Positions 1-9,703 of a DNA stretch of 64,000 bases are shown here, piece after piece. The DNA is from Candidatus Eiseniibacteriota bacterium (GTDB lineage: Bacteria; Eisenbacteria; RBG-16-71-46; CAVPCR01): the NCBI GenBank assembly GCA_963823555.1, contig CAWGMA010000002.1, positions 192,001 through 256,000 of the forward strand, written 5' to 3'. The notes beneath the pieces are model-generated. The model was not told the origin of the DNA and ran no database searches. It saw only the letters and a program-made list of their open reading frames with translations. Made by a program: the position numbers and the translations under genes. Position 1 is the first letter of the stretch. Every line of letters begins with the position of its first letter.

Positions 1-1535
1 TCGATGGCGACATGACGCTTCGGATCGAGGACGGCGCTCTCACCGTCGCCCTTGGCGACACCAGCGACACCATCGGGTTCACGACCCAGGTCGGCGCCAC
101 CGCCGGGCCCGGCGGTGTCCAGGCCGATCTCCACGGCGACCTGACGCGGGCCGGCGCCACCTTCGGGGATCTGGCGGGCGAGCTGGCCTTGCCTGCGCTC
201 ACGCACCTCTCGAGCCTCGCCGACACGCTCCAGCCGCAACCCCTGTCGGCGGAGCTCCGCATCCACTTCGTCGATCTGGGTCCGCTCGCCCTGCTGGCGC
301 CCGACGTGGACAGCCTGGCCGGGCGCCTCGCCGTCACCGTCGATGCCGGCGGCGATCTCCACCAGCCCGATATCAGGGGCGAGGCCGTCCTGAGCGAGGG
401 CATGGTCAACATCGTGGAACCCGGCCTCGAGCTCCGGGATATCGTGCTCACGGCTCGCGGCGACACGAGCGGCAAGGTCGATATCGAGAGCAGCCTCCGA
501 TCGGGCGGCGGCAGCCTGTCCCTCACCGCCCAGTCGGTGCTGGCTGATCCCGACAGCTTGCAGCTGGATATGCGCATCGAGGGTGAGCGCTTCACCGTGA
601 TGAACACACCGGAGATCCAGGTGGCGATCTCGCCCGATATCGAGGCCCGTGTCCGCGGGCGCCAGGCCGAGGTTCACGGCGAGGTCGAGATCCCGTTCAC
701 GCGGATCGAGCTCAAGGAGATCCCGCCTTCGGCGCAGAGTCCCTCCGCGGATGTTCGCTTCATCGATGCCGAGGCCGAGGAAGAGGAACCGCCCCTCGAT
801 GTCACCGCCGAGGTGCGCGTCGTCCTCGGCGACAGCGTGTCCTTCAAGGGGTTCGGGTTCTCCTCACACTTCAACGGCAGCATCAAGGTGATCGAAAACC
901 CCGGGCAGCCCACGAGCGGCACCGGCGAGCTCCGCGTGGTGAACGGGCGCTACAAGGCGTACGGGCAGGATCTCACCGTCGGAACGTGGGGCGATAGCCT
1001 GTCCGGCGAGCAAGATCCGGGGCGCATCATCTTCGCCGGCGGGCCGATCGACAACCCGGGACTCAACATGCGTGCCTTCCGTGAGGCTGACGATGGCACC
1101 ATTGCCGGTCTCTTCATCCAGGGCACGGCCAGGGCGCCCGAGATCACGCTCTTCTCAGAGCCGGCGATGCCCGAAGCCGACGTCCTGTCCTACATCGTGC
1201 TCGGCCACAAGATGGGCGAGGGCGGCGACTCGGACATGCTGGCCGACGCCGCGGTCAGCATGGGTCTCAAGGGCGGCAACATGATGGCGCGGAGCCTGGG
1301 CAGCAAGGTGGGCCTCGACACCGGCATCGAGACCGAGGGCGGGCTCGACGAGGCGGCGCTGGTGACCGGCAAGTACCTCTCGCCCAAGCTCTATGTGAGT
1401 CACGGCTACGGCCTCTTCGATCAGGTGAGCACGTTCCGGGCCCGCTACTTGCTCTCGAAGCAGGTCACCGTTCAGGCGGAGACCGGCGCCGGCTCCGGTG
1501 GCGACGTGCTCTACCGTCTCGAGCGCGGGCGATGA
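1..1535 (+). CDS. tamB: Translocation/assembly module TamB (DUF490), 5' end outside the window
   Basis: The frame is open from the window edge. It has beta-rich repeats and a typical TamB C-terminus (GRYKAYGQDL, F.GGPIDNPGL, LFSEPAMPEADVLSYIVLG, GKYLSPKLYVS.GYGLF). Confidence 0.9.
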   Translation, partial: DGDMTLRIEDGALTVALGDTSDTIGFTTQVGATAGPGGVQADLHGDLTRAGATFGDLAGELALPALTHLSSLADTLQPQPLSAELRIHFVDLGPLALLAPDVDSLAGRLAVTVDAGGDLHQPDIRGEAVLSEGMVNIVEPGLELRDIVLTARGDTSGKVDIESSLRSGGGSLSLTAQSVLADPDSLQLDMRIEGERFTVMNTPEIQVAISPDIEARVRGRQAEVHGEVEIPFTRIELKEIPPSAQSPSADVRFIDAEAEEEEPPLDVTAEVRVVLGDSVSFKGFGFSSHFNGSIKVIENPGQPTSGTGELRVVNGRYKAYGQDLTVGTWGDSLSGEQDPGRIIFAGGPIDNPGLNMRAFREADDGTIAGLFIQGTARAPEITLFSEPAMPEADVLSYIVLGHKMGEGGDSDMLADAAVSMGLKGGNMMARSLGSKVGLDTGIETEGGLDEAALVTGKYLSPKLYVSHGYGLFDQVSTFRARYLLSKQVTVQAETGAGSGGDVLYRLERGR

Positions 1536-1551
1536 CATGAAAGGACGTTCG

Positions 1552-2148
1552 ATGAGTTACAAGGGGATCGTGCTGGTTCCGGTCTTGATGCTCTCGAGCG
1601 CGGGTCCGCTCCTTGCCGGGAAGCCCAGCTTCGACTGCGAGAAGGCCCAGGGCGAGGTGGAGCAGGCGATCTGCGCCGATTCCACGCTCGCTGCTCTGGA
1701 TGTGCAGATGAGCGAGGTGTGGGGCCAGGTGATGGCGCTCGTCAAGGACAGTGACAAGCGCACCATGATCGAGGGCGAGCAGCAGAGCTGGACCCGTGAC
1801 CGCGATGCGTGCCTGAAGGAGAGCGAGATGCGGCCCTGCATCGCGCTCAAGTACAGGACCCGCATCGCCGAGCTCCAGGCCCGCTGGCAGTTGCTCCCGG
1901 CCAAGGGTCCGCTCGTCTTCGCTTGCGACGGGAATCCCGCCAATCAGGTGGTGGCGGAGTTCTTCGAGACCGATCCGCCGGCCGCGAGGCTCGAGCGCGC
2001 CGGTCAGATCGTCGTGGTCTTCCGCGCGCCGGCGGCCAGCGGCGCCAAGTACGAAGGGCGGCACGTGACCTTCTGGACGAAGGGCAGCGAGGCTCTTGTC
2101 ACCTGGGGATATGGTGCCGAAGAGATGAAGTGCGAGCTGCGTGAGTGA
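1552..2148 (+). CDS. Secreted LprI-like plus MliC/PliC lysozyme-inhibitor domain protein
   Basis: Signal peptide. PSFDC..A..VE.AIC...LAALD is LprI-like and ASGAKYEG...FWTKGSEA is MliC-like. The start was placed at ATG 1552 after AAGGAC; ATG 1537 is an alternative. Confidence 0.8.
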   Translation: MSYKGIVLVPVLMLSSAGPLLAGKPSFDCEKAQGEVEQAICADSTLAALDVQMSEVWGQVMALVKDSDKRTMIEGEQQSWTRDRDACLKESEMRPCIALKYRTRIAELQARWQLLPAKGPLVFACDGNPANQVVAEFFETDPPAARLERAGQIVVVFRAPAASGAKYEGRHVTFWTKGSEALVTWGYGAEEMKCELRE

Positions 2149-2229
2149 CGGGCGCCATCTCTCGGGCTCGTGACCTCGGTCCGAGGGCAGCTGCGGGCAG
2201 ACATCATCGGTGCTATCCGGACCGTACGG

Positions 2230-3588
2230 TCAGATCGCGTGACCGTGACATTGCTTGAACTTGCGCCCGCTCCCGCACGAGCAGGGATCGTTGCGCCCGC
2301 GGCGGGCGTCGGCGTCGGCCATCCATGCCATGACCTCCGGCGCCGGCCGCCCGGCCTTGAGCAGGCGCGCCATCTCCTCCATCGCCGGAAGGTAGTGGGT
2401 GAAGAACCGCTTCAGGCCCGCGCAGAGGTAGTTGTGGCCGGGCTCCCCGTCGGTGGAGGTCGCGAAACGATCCTTCGGACACCCGCCGTGGCACAGCGCG
2501 AGCACCTCGCATTCCCGGCACTGCCGGGTCAGTGAGTCCCTCTTGTCGCGGCCGAACTTCTGCTGCGCGGGTGAGGCGACGAGCTCCAGCATGGGTGTTT
2601 CGTGGATGTTGCCGAGACGGTATTCCGGCTCCACGTAATGGTCGCAGGAATAGAGATCCCCATTGTACTCGAGCGCCGGTCCCAGCCCGCAGGTCGGGGC
2701 GTGGATGCACAGCTTGTACTGGCCGAAAAGCGCTTCGAGCGTGACGTCGAAGAGCTGCACATAGACCCGCCCGACATCATGCCGGATCCACTCCTCGAGG
2801 ACATCGATGAGGAAGCGGCCGTACTGCTCGCCACCGATCGAGCGCTCGGTCACGAGGGCCCCGGTCTGGGTGTAGAGGAGGCGCTTCCGGCCCGGCTGAT
2901 CGCTCCAGCCCAGGTTGGCGATCGGGAGGGTCTCGGGGGTGGCCCGTTCGATGATCGGGATGAACTGGATCCACTCCGCTCCGAGCTCGTCCCGGAAGAA
3001 GCAATAGACCTGCCGGCCGTGGTCCCCGTTGGCGGCGTTCACGGTGCAGAGGATATTGAAATCCACCTCATGCCGGCGGAGGCAGGTCCAGCCCTTCATC
3101 ACCTGGTCGAAGGTGCCCTCGCCCCCCTTGTTGACCCGGTAGACGTCGTGGATCTCCTTCGGACCATCGACGCTGAGACCGACCAGGAACCGGTGCTCCT
3201 TGAGGAAGGCGCACCACGCATCATCGAGGAGAACCCCGTTGGTCTGGAAGGTGTACTCGACCCGCTGCCCCGGCCGCCGATACTTCTCCACGAACTCGAC
3301 CGACCGGCGGAAGAAGTCGAGCCCCATGAGCGTCGGCTCGCCGCCCTGCCATGCGACGGTCACCGTCGGCGTGCGATGGGACTTGAGGAGCTGGCTGATG
3401 TAGGCCTCGAGCGTGGCCTCGGACATCCTGCTCTCGGCGTTCGGATAGAGCGCTTCCTTCGAGAGAAAGAAGCAATAGGTGCAGTCGAGATTACAGGTGG
3501 AGCCGCTGGGCTTCGCCAGCAGGTGGAAGCGCGGCGGGACGGTCGTCAGAGGACCTGCGGCGCCAGCGGTCGGAGTCTGGGTGTTCAC
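2230..3588 (-). CDS. Anaerobic sulfatase-maturating radical SAM enzyme (anSME, SPASM) with C-terminal SEC-C motif
   Basis: KP.GS.CNLDCTYCFF, WQGGEPTL, YSCDHYV, CRECEVLALCHGGCPKDR and terminal GRNDPCSCGSGRKFKQCHG. GTG start after AGAGGA. Confidence 0.93.
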   Translation of the reverse strand: MNTQTPTAGAAGPLTTVPPRFHLLAKPSGSTCNLDCTYCFFLSKEALYPNAESRMSEATLEAYISQLLKSHRTPTVTVAWQGGEPTLMGLDFFRRSVEFVEKYRRPGQRVEYTFQTNGVLLDDAWCAFLKEHRFLVGLSVDGPKEIHDVYRVNKGGEGTFDQVMKGWTCLRRHEVDFNILCTVNAANGDHGRQVYCFFRDELGAEWIQFIPIIERATPETLPIANLGWSDQPGRKRLLYTQTGALVTERSIGGEQYGRFLIDVLEEWIRHDVGRVYVQLFDVTLEALFGQYKLCIHAPTCGLGPALEYNGDLYSCDHYVEPEYRLGNIHETPMLELVASPAQQKFGRDKRDSLTRQCRECEVLALCHGGCPKDRFATSTDGEPGHNYLCAGLKRFFTHYLPAMEEMARLLKAGRPAPEVMAWMADADARRGRNDPCSCGSGRKFKQCHGHAI

Positions 3589-3644
3589 GATCTGGGATTG
3601 TCCTCTTGGGGGGACCGGCGGTCAAGGTTGCGGCCGGCCAGAAC

Positions 3645-3683
3645 GGAAGCCGCCGCTTCGCGCGAGGCGAAGCGGCGGCTTCC
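3645..3683. terminator. Perfect 17-bp stem-loop between the sulfatase and maturase genes
   Basis: GGAAGCCGCCGCTTCGC-gcgag-GCGAAGCGGCGGCTTCC. There is no strong U-tract, so it may be an mRNA-stabilising hairpin or a partial terminator. Confidence 0.6.
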
Positions 3684-3706
3684 TGGCATGGTCGGCGGGT
3701 CGGGGA

Positions 3707-5212
3707 CTAGGCGCCGCCCGTCGCGCCCTGATTGAGCGCCTCCATGGCCTGATCGAGATTGAAGCTCGCCGCCTTCTGCCGCGGCGGGAACTCCTTGAGC
3801 GTTGCCAGGAACTGACCCACCAGGTTCTGCGCCGGCACGAGCAGGTAGGCGTGGTCCAGCATCCAGTCCCAGTAGGTATTCGACGTGATGTCGGCGCGCT
3901 CGTAGGGATCGGTGCGCAGGTTGAAGATCTTCGGCAGGCGCAGGGGGACGAGCGGTTCCGCCCAGATTTGCAGAGTGCCCACGGCCCGCTGCTCCATGAA
4001 GACGACCTTCCAGTTGTCGTAGCGCATGCAAGCCAGATCGCCGTCATCGGTGAAGTAGAGGAACCCCTGGCGCGGTGTCTTCTTCTCCTTGCCGGTCAAG
4101 TACGGCAGGATGTTGTGGCCGTCGAGGTGGACCTTGAAGGTCTTGTTGCCCGCCTTGTGGCCCTTCTTGAGCTTCTCCTTCACGTCCGGATCCCCGGCCA
4201 GCGCGAGCAGCGTGGGCATCCAGTCCAGATGGCTCACGATCTCGTTCGAGACCGTGCCCGGCTTGATGTGGCCGGGGAAACGCACCATCGCGGGAACGCG
4301 GAAGGCGCCCTCCCAGTTCGAGTTCTTCTCGTTGCGGAATGGCGTCATCCCGGCGTCGGGCCACGAGTTCATGTGCGGCCCGTTGTCGGTCGAGTACATG
4401 ACGAACGTGTTGTCGGTGACGCCGAGCTCGTCGAGGAGGTCGAGAAGCTCGCCCACATGCTTGTCATGATCGATCATCACGTCGTGGTACTCGGACTGCC
4501 AGCGTCCCGACTGACCGCGGCTCGAGGGCTTGACGTGAGTCCGGAAGTGCATGTGGGTCGTGCTGAACCAGACGAAGAACGGGGTCCCGCTCTTGACCTG
4601 CTTCGTGATGAACTCCTTGGCCGCCGCCAGGAACTCCTCGTCCGCGGTCTCCATGCGCTTCTTGGTGAGCGGGCCCGTGTTCTCGATCTTCTGGCCTCCC
4701 TTGCCATCCGCCCAGCAGTGGAGGACGCCGCGCGGCCCGAACTTCTTCTTGAAATCGGGAAAGTCCTTCTCGGTCGGGTAATCGGCGAGCTCCGGCTCCT
4801 CCTCCGCGTTCAGGTGGTAGAGGTTGCCGAAGAACTCGTCGAACCCGTGCATGGTCGGCAGATGCTCGTCGCGGTCGCCGAGGTGGTTCTTGCCGAACTG
4901 GCCGGTGGCGTAGCCGAGGGGCTTCAAGAGCTCGGCGATGGTCGGATCCTCGGCCTTGAGTCCGAGCGGAGCGCCGGGGAGCCCGACCTTGGTGAGGCCG
5001 GTGCGGAGCCCGCACTGCCCCGTGATGAAGGAGGCACGACCCGCCGTGCAGCTCTGCTCCGCGTAGTAGTCCGTGAACAGCATGCCCTCGTTGGCGATGC
5101 GGTCGATGTTGGGCGTCCGGTAGCCCATCATGCCCTTGGTGAAGACGCTCAGGTTCGACTGCCCGATGTCGTCACCCCAGATGATGAGGATGTTGGGTTT
5201 CTTATCAGCCAT
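3707..5212 (-). CDS. Cys-type arylsulfatase (no signal peptide)
   Basis: PNILIIWGDD, the formylglycine motif SCTAGRASFITG, GKNHLG and STDNG. AGGAG RBS. Confidence 0.93.
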   Translation of the reverse strand: MADKKPNILIIWGDDIGQSNLSVFTKGMMGYRTPNIDRIANEGMLFTDYYAEQSCTAGRASFITGQCGLRTGLTKVGLPGAPLGLKAEDPTIAELLKPLGYATGQFGKNHLGDRDEHLPTMHGFDEFFGNLYHLNAEEEPELADYPTEKDFPDFKKKFGPRGVLHCWADGKGGQKIENTGPLTKKRMETADEEFLAAAKEFITKQVKSGTPFFVWFSTTHMHFRTHVKPSSRGQSGRWQSEYHDVMIDHDKHVGELLDLLDELGVTDNTFVMYSTDNGPHMNSWPDAGMTPFRNEKNSNWEGAFRVPAMVRFPGHIKPGTVSNEIVSHLDWMPTLLALAGDPDVKEKLKKGHKAGNKTFKVHLDGHNILPYLTGKEKKTPRQGFLYFTDDGDLACMRYDNWKVVFMEQRAVGTLQIWAEPLVPLRLPKIFNLRTDPYERADITSNTYWDWMLDHAYLLVPAQNLVGQFLATLKEFPPRQKAASFNLDQAMEALNQGATGGA

Positions 5213-5290
5213 TGCGTACTCCTATGTGGACGATGCCACTTGCGGTGGATATGAGAGGGGCTTTCGATGAAAGCTCGCGGCCTTCCTTTC

Positions 5291-5842
5291 TCATCTCCTT
5301 TCGATCTCCGGGGGACGGTCGCCTCCGCCCGGCCGTTCGGCGGCGGTCGGCTCTCGCTCGGCCTTTGCCTGTTCCACACGCTGGAAGACGAGCACCACCG
5401 CGGCCAGGCCGAGGAGCGCGAGCCCGATGCCGGTTCCGAGACCCAGGATGCTGGCTTCCCCGCCCCGGGGACCGGCGACCGCGCCGAGGAAGAGGATCGC
5501 CAGCATGACGATGACGACCGCCACCAGATTGGCCTTGAGCTGCTCCAGATTGGCCACCGACAGCCAGGCGGGTAGTGGGATCGCCGGGTCGATGAACAGC
5601 TCGTAGAGCCCGATCGCGGTGACCAGGAGAATGGTCCCGAGCAGGAACAGATCGACGAGCTCGATCAGCTCGAGCGCGAACAGGCGGGCCCCTTCGGCGT
5701 TGTACATGCCGAGACCGAACGCCTCGTGGATCATGGTCGCCGTGGTGATCACGCCGAATACGAGCACGCCGACCGCACCCGCCACGAGGCTCAAGACGGC
5801 GAGGACCACCGAGTATCGGGATAGACGCAGAAGGGTCCTCAT
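5291..5842 (-). CDS. YqhA/UPF0114-family membrane protein
   Basis: Four TM segments; DLFLLGTILLVTAIGLYELFI and WL.V.NLEQLK motifs. Confidence 0.8.
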   Translation of the reverse strand: MRTLLRLSRYSVVLAVLSLVAGAVGVLVFGVITTATMIHEAFGLGMYNAEGARLFALELIELVDLFLLGTILLVTAIGLYELFIDPAIPLPAWLSVANLEQLKANLVAVVIVMLAILFLGAVAGPRGGEASILGLGTGIGLALLGLAAVVLVFQRVEQAKAEREPTAAERPGGGDRPPEIERR

Positions 5843-5853
5843 ATCTTGCTCCC

Positions 5854-6210
5854 TCAGCCGGTGAGGACGTTCATGAACGCGAGGGTGCCGATCACCCAGA
5901 GAATCGAGGCGAAAGCGAGGGGCAAGAGCCGGGGTCGCTCGCCGAGCCGGCGGAGGAACAGGATGTACTGGATGGTGGCGAGGAGCAGGGCCGCGAGGCC
6001 CATCCCGATCGGTATCAAGCCGATGGCCCGCGGCTCCCTCATCGGCATGTGGCCCGGTTGTTCGGCCATGCCGGCCAGGAACTTGTAGATCGTGAAGCCG
6101 AATCCGATGAGGGAGATGGAGGTGCGCACCCAGGCCATGAGCGTCCGTTCGGACGCCATGACGGTGCGATCGAGGGCAAGGGTGTTGCTATCCACGGCCG
6201 GAGACTTCAA
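5854..6210 (-). CDS. YidH/DUF202-family membrane protein
   Basis: LA.DRT.MASERTLMAWVRTSISLIGFGF motif and three TM segments. The start (TTG) is uncertain. Confidence 0.85.
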   Translation of the reverse strand: MKSPAVDSNTLALDRTVMASERTLMAWVRTSISLIGFGFTIYKFLAGMAEQPGHMPMREPRAIGLIPIGMGLAALLLATIQYILFLRRLGERPRLLPLAFASILWVIGTLAFMNVLTG

Positions 6211-6561
6211 GCGTGGTCCCAGTCATTAGAGGGTGGAAAAGGCCGGCACCCAGGCGGGGCTGATAGAGGAGGCGTCAAGATAGAGACTGGCCTTTCGTCT
6301 GTCAACCCTGGCCGCAAGCGACCGGGGAACCCTGGCTGAGGGTGGCTGGCGGCGAGCCGGTCGATTCGTCAGGCCCCATTCGGAAGTCTGCCACTTTGTC
6401 CGTCCGGGCCTGCACTCGATGTCAGCCTGACGGTGTAGGTCATTTATTGATAACGTGTTATGCCCCTCGGCTGGCATCCTCGGCGGGCATGCCTCTTGCC
6501 CCATAGCGGGTTGTCCCGGACCTGGATCCGATTCGATCCCGCCCAAGGCAGAGGGGATGTC

Positions 6562-9018
6562 GTGTACAAGATCGTTCACCGCGAACAGCTCAACGAGAAC
6601 ACCTTCCTGTGGCATGTCGACGCGCCGGCCGTGGCCCGCGCTGCATTGCCGGGCCACTTCGTCATGGTGCGCATCGACCGTACCGGAGAGCGCATTCCGC
6701 TCACCGTCGCCGACTACAACGCCGACCGCGGTACGGTGACCATCGTCATCCAGGCGGTGGGGAAGACCACGCGCCAGATGATGGCGCTGCGCGCCGGCGA
6801 CAGCGTCCTCGATTTCGTCGGGCCGCTCGGGCTCCCGAGCACGATCGAGCCGCAAGGCAAGGTGGTGCTGGTCGGCGGCGGACTGGGTGTCGCGCCCGTG
6901 TTCCCGCAGCTCAGGGCCTACAAGCGGCTCGGTGCCGCCACCATCTCGATCATCGGTTTCCGCACCCAGAACCTCGTCTTCTGGGAAGACCGCTTCCGGG
7001 AGTTCTCCGATGCGGTCATCGTCACCACCGATGACGGTTCCTACGGCGAGAAGGGATTCGTGAGCCAGGCCCTGGCCACGGTCCTTGCCGAGCATCACGA
7101 CATCGACGAGGTGGTGGCCATCGGCCCCTTGCCGATGATGAAGGCCTGCGCCGAGGTGACCCGCCCGCACGGCATCCGCACCATCGTCAGCCTCAACTCG
7201 ATCATGGTCGATGGCACCGGGATGTGCGGGAGCTGTCGCGTGACGGTCGACGGCGCCATCAAGTTCGCCTGCGTCGATGGGCCCGATTTCGACGGGCACA
7301 AGGTCAACTTCGAGGAGCTCATGCTCCGGCAGAAGCGTTTCGAGCGCGAGGAGAAGGAGGCGCTCGAGCGCTACATGCGCGAGACCGAGCAGGTGGCGGC
7401 GGCCGGGCGTGGCGGCGAGGATCCCGCCCAGGCGCCGTCGCGCCCGCGCGCGAGGGGCGGCGAGCCGGCCGGATCGCGCATTCCGATCCTGGAGGCGGCG
7501 ACGGCGGCGGCCGAGGCCTACGATGAGACCCGCCCGGTCCCCGAGGGCGGTGCCAAGGTGGTCAAGTCGGTGCGCAACGTGAGGCCGAAGAAGACGCCGA
7601 TGTCCGAGCAACCGGCCGACGTCAGGCGGCGCAACTTCGAGGAAGTCGCGCTCGGTTACTCCCTCGAGGAGGCGATCGTCGAGGCGGACCGGTGCATCGA
7701 ATGCAAGAAGCCGCGCTGCATCGCCGGCTGCCCGGTCGAGATCGACATCCCCGCGTTCATCCATGAGCTCCGCCATGGCAACGTGCGCGAGTCCTATCGC
7801 ATCTTGAAGTCGGCGAACAGCCTGCCCGCTGTCTGCGGCCGGGTTTGCCCGCAGGAGACGCAGTGTGAGGTGCAGTGCGTGGTCGGGAAGAAGCTCGAGC
7901 CGGTGGCGATCGGCCGCCTCGAACGTTTCGTTGCCGACGCCGCCGTGGGTCAGAGCTGGGACGAGCCGCTGCCCCCGCCCAGGGATGGTGGTGCCCGCCG
8001 CAAGGCGGCGATGATCGGATCGGGGCCGGCTTGCCTCACCTGCGCCGGTGATCTGGCCCGGGCCGGCGTCGAGGTCATCGTGTTCGAGGCGCTGCACGTT
8101 GCCGGCGGCGTCCTCAAGTACGGCATCCCCGAGTTCCGCTTGCCGAACGACATCGTCGATCTCGAGATCGCGAACCTGCTAGCGCTCGGCGTCAAGATCG
8201 AGCTCGATACGGTCATCGGCAAGGTCTACACGATCCCGTCCCTGATGAAGGACCACGGCTACGATTCGGTGTTCATCGGCACCGGCGCCGGGAGTCCGAG
8301 CTTCATGGGCATCCCCGGGGAGTCGCTGAACGGAGTCTTCTCGGCCAACGAGTTCCTGAGCCGCGTCAACCTCATGATGGGCTTCCAGGCGCCGCTCTAC
8401 GACACTCCGGTCGGGATGGGACGGCGGGTGGCGGTGATCGGGGCCGGGAACACGGCGATGGATGCCGCGCGGGTTTCGATGCGCCTGGGAGCCGAGGCGG
8501 TCTATATCGTCTACCGACGCAGCGAGAAGGAATGTCCGGCCCGGCTCGAGGAGCTGCATCACGCGATCGAGGAGGGGATCCAGGTCGAGTGGCTGACCAA
8601 CCCGGTCGGCATCCACGGCAACGAGGCCGGCTGGGTGACCGGCATGGAGTGCATTCGAATGGACCTCGGCGAACCCGACGACTCGGGACGCCGCCGCCCG
8701 ATTCCCAAGCCGGGCACCGAGTTCAAGCTCGACGTCGATACCGTGATCTATGCCCTGGGCACGACCGCGAATCCGATCATCGCGCAGACCACCCCGGGGC
8801 TCGCGACCAACAAGTGGGGCTACCTGGTGGTCGATCCGGAAACCCAGATGACATCGCTTCCCGGCGTGTTCGCCGGCGGCGACATCGTCACCGGGTCGGC
8901 GACGGTCATCGAGGCGATGGGTGCCGGCCGGCGCGCCGCGCGCGGGATCCTGCGCTTCCTTGGGATCGAGACCGGCGATCCGGCCGGAGCGCCGGCGCCC
9001 GCGACGGCGAACACATAA
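6562..9018 (+). CDS. Fused NfnA-NfnB-like electron-bifurcating transhydrogenase (PyrK/SudB-like FAD-[2Fe-2S] half plus GltD/SudA-like half)
   Basis: N-half: ERIPLT, GGGLG.AP, MVDGTGMCGSCR, CVDGP. C-half: CIECKKPRCIAGCP, CGRVCPQETQCEVQC, YGIPEFRL, GAGNTAMD, FAGGDIVTG. GTG start after GAGGGG. Confidence 0.88.
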   Translation: MYKIVHREQLNENTFLWHVDAPAVARAALPGHFVMVRIDRTGERIPLTVADYNADRGTVTIVIQAVGKTTRQMMALRAGDSVLDFVGPLGLPSTIEPQGKVVLVGGGLGVAPVFPQLRAYKRLGAATISIIGFRTQNLVFWEDRFREFSDAVIVTTDDGSYGEKGFVSQALATVLAEHHDIDEVVAIGPLPMMKACAEVTRPHGIRTIVSLNSIMVDGTGMCGSCRVTVDGAIKFACVDGPDFDGHKVNFEELMLRQKRFEREEKEALERYMRETEQVAAAGRGGEDPAQAPSRPRARGGEPAGSRIPILEAATAAAEAYDETRPVPEGGAKVVKSVRNVRPKKTPMSEQPADVRRRNFEEVALGYSLEEAIVEADRCIECKKPRCIAGCPVEIDIPAFIHELRHGNVRESYRILKSANSLPAVCGRVCPQETQCEVQCVVGKKLEPVAIGRLERFVADAAVGQSWDEPLPPPRDGGARRKAAMIGSGPACLTCAGDLARAGVEVIVFEALHVAGGVLKYGIPEFRLPNDIVDLEIANLLALGVKIELDTVIGKVYTIPSLMKDHGYDSVFIGTGAGSPSFMGIPGESLNGVFSANEFLSRVNLMMGFQAPLYDTPVGMGRRVAVIGAGNTAMDAARVSMRLGAEAVYIVYRRSEKECPARLEELHHAIEEGIQVEWLTNPVGIHGNEAGWVTGMECIRMDLGEPDDSGRRRPIPKPGTEFKLDVDTVIYALGTTANPIIAQTTPGLATNKWGYLVVDPETQMTSLPGVFAGGDIVTGSATVIEAMGAGRRAARGILRFLGIETGDPAGAPAPATANT

Positions 9019-9033
9019 GAGGAGATAAGAACC

Positions 9034-9675
9034 ATGGCCTCGCAGTGTCCCAAGTGCCAGCGTGCCGTCGAGGACGACGCCGTCTGCTGTGCCGATGTTC
9101 GTTACACCTGGAAGTGCCAGGACTGCGGCAAGCTGTCTGTTGGCTTCGTCGTCCCCTACGGGCGTTGTTTCCTCTGCGGCGGGGAGCTACGCGTGGTCCA
9201 GAGCTACCGTCTCGCCGATCCGGAGCGCATCGAGCCGATCCGGGAGGCCGTTCAGTTCGAGGTCGACATGTACCAGTTCTACCGGCTGGCTCACGGCCGC
9301 ATGAACGACCCGGACTGCAAGGCCGTGCTCGACGACCTGCTGCATCGCGAGGAAGACCATCTCAACGAGCTCTCGCAGAAGTACCACCTGCATCTCGAGC
9401 GCGAGGTGGTCGAGCCCAGGCAGGGGGCCGAGGAGGTTCTGGCCCGCGATCTCTTCAAGGGGATCGACTTCGTGACTGACGGTGCCGTGCGCGAGATCTA
9501 CAGCCGGGCTCTCGAGCTCGAGAAGCGGACACTCGCTCACTTCGAGCACCGGGCTCAGACCCTGCCTCCGGGCATGGAGAAGGAACTCTACCGCGAGCTC
9601 GCGGCCGAGGAGGTCGAGCACGTGGCGCTCCTCGAGGCGGAGATCGAGTCCCTGGGCGCGGCCCCGGCGCGCTAG
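9034..9675 (+). CDS. Cys-rich (double zinc-ribbon-like) plus ferritin-like/rubrerythrin-type diiron domain protein
   Basis: CPKC, CC, CQDC and CFLC in the N-terminus, then E...EEDH and E...EEVEH diiron-type motifs. AGGAGA RBS. Confidence 0.75.
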   Translation: MASQCPKCQRAVEDDAVCCADVRYTWKCQDCGKLSVGFVVPYGRCFLCGGELRVVQSYRLADPERIEPIREAVQFEVDMYQFYRLAHGRMNDPDCKAVLDDLLHREEDHLNELSQKYHLHLEREVVEPRQGAEEVLARDLFKGIDFVTDGAVREIYSRALELEKRTLAHFEHRAQTLPPGMEKELYRELAAEEVEHVALLEAEIESLGAAPAR

Positions 9676-9703
9676 CGGGCGGCGATCGTGTAGGATCCCG
9701 CGC

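Noticed and set aside
7560..9018. Glutamate synthase small subunit (gltD)
   Set aside because: It is fused to an NfnA-like domain and no gltB is adjacent, so Nfn is the better call.
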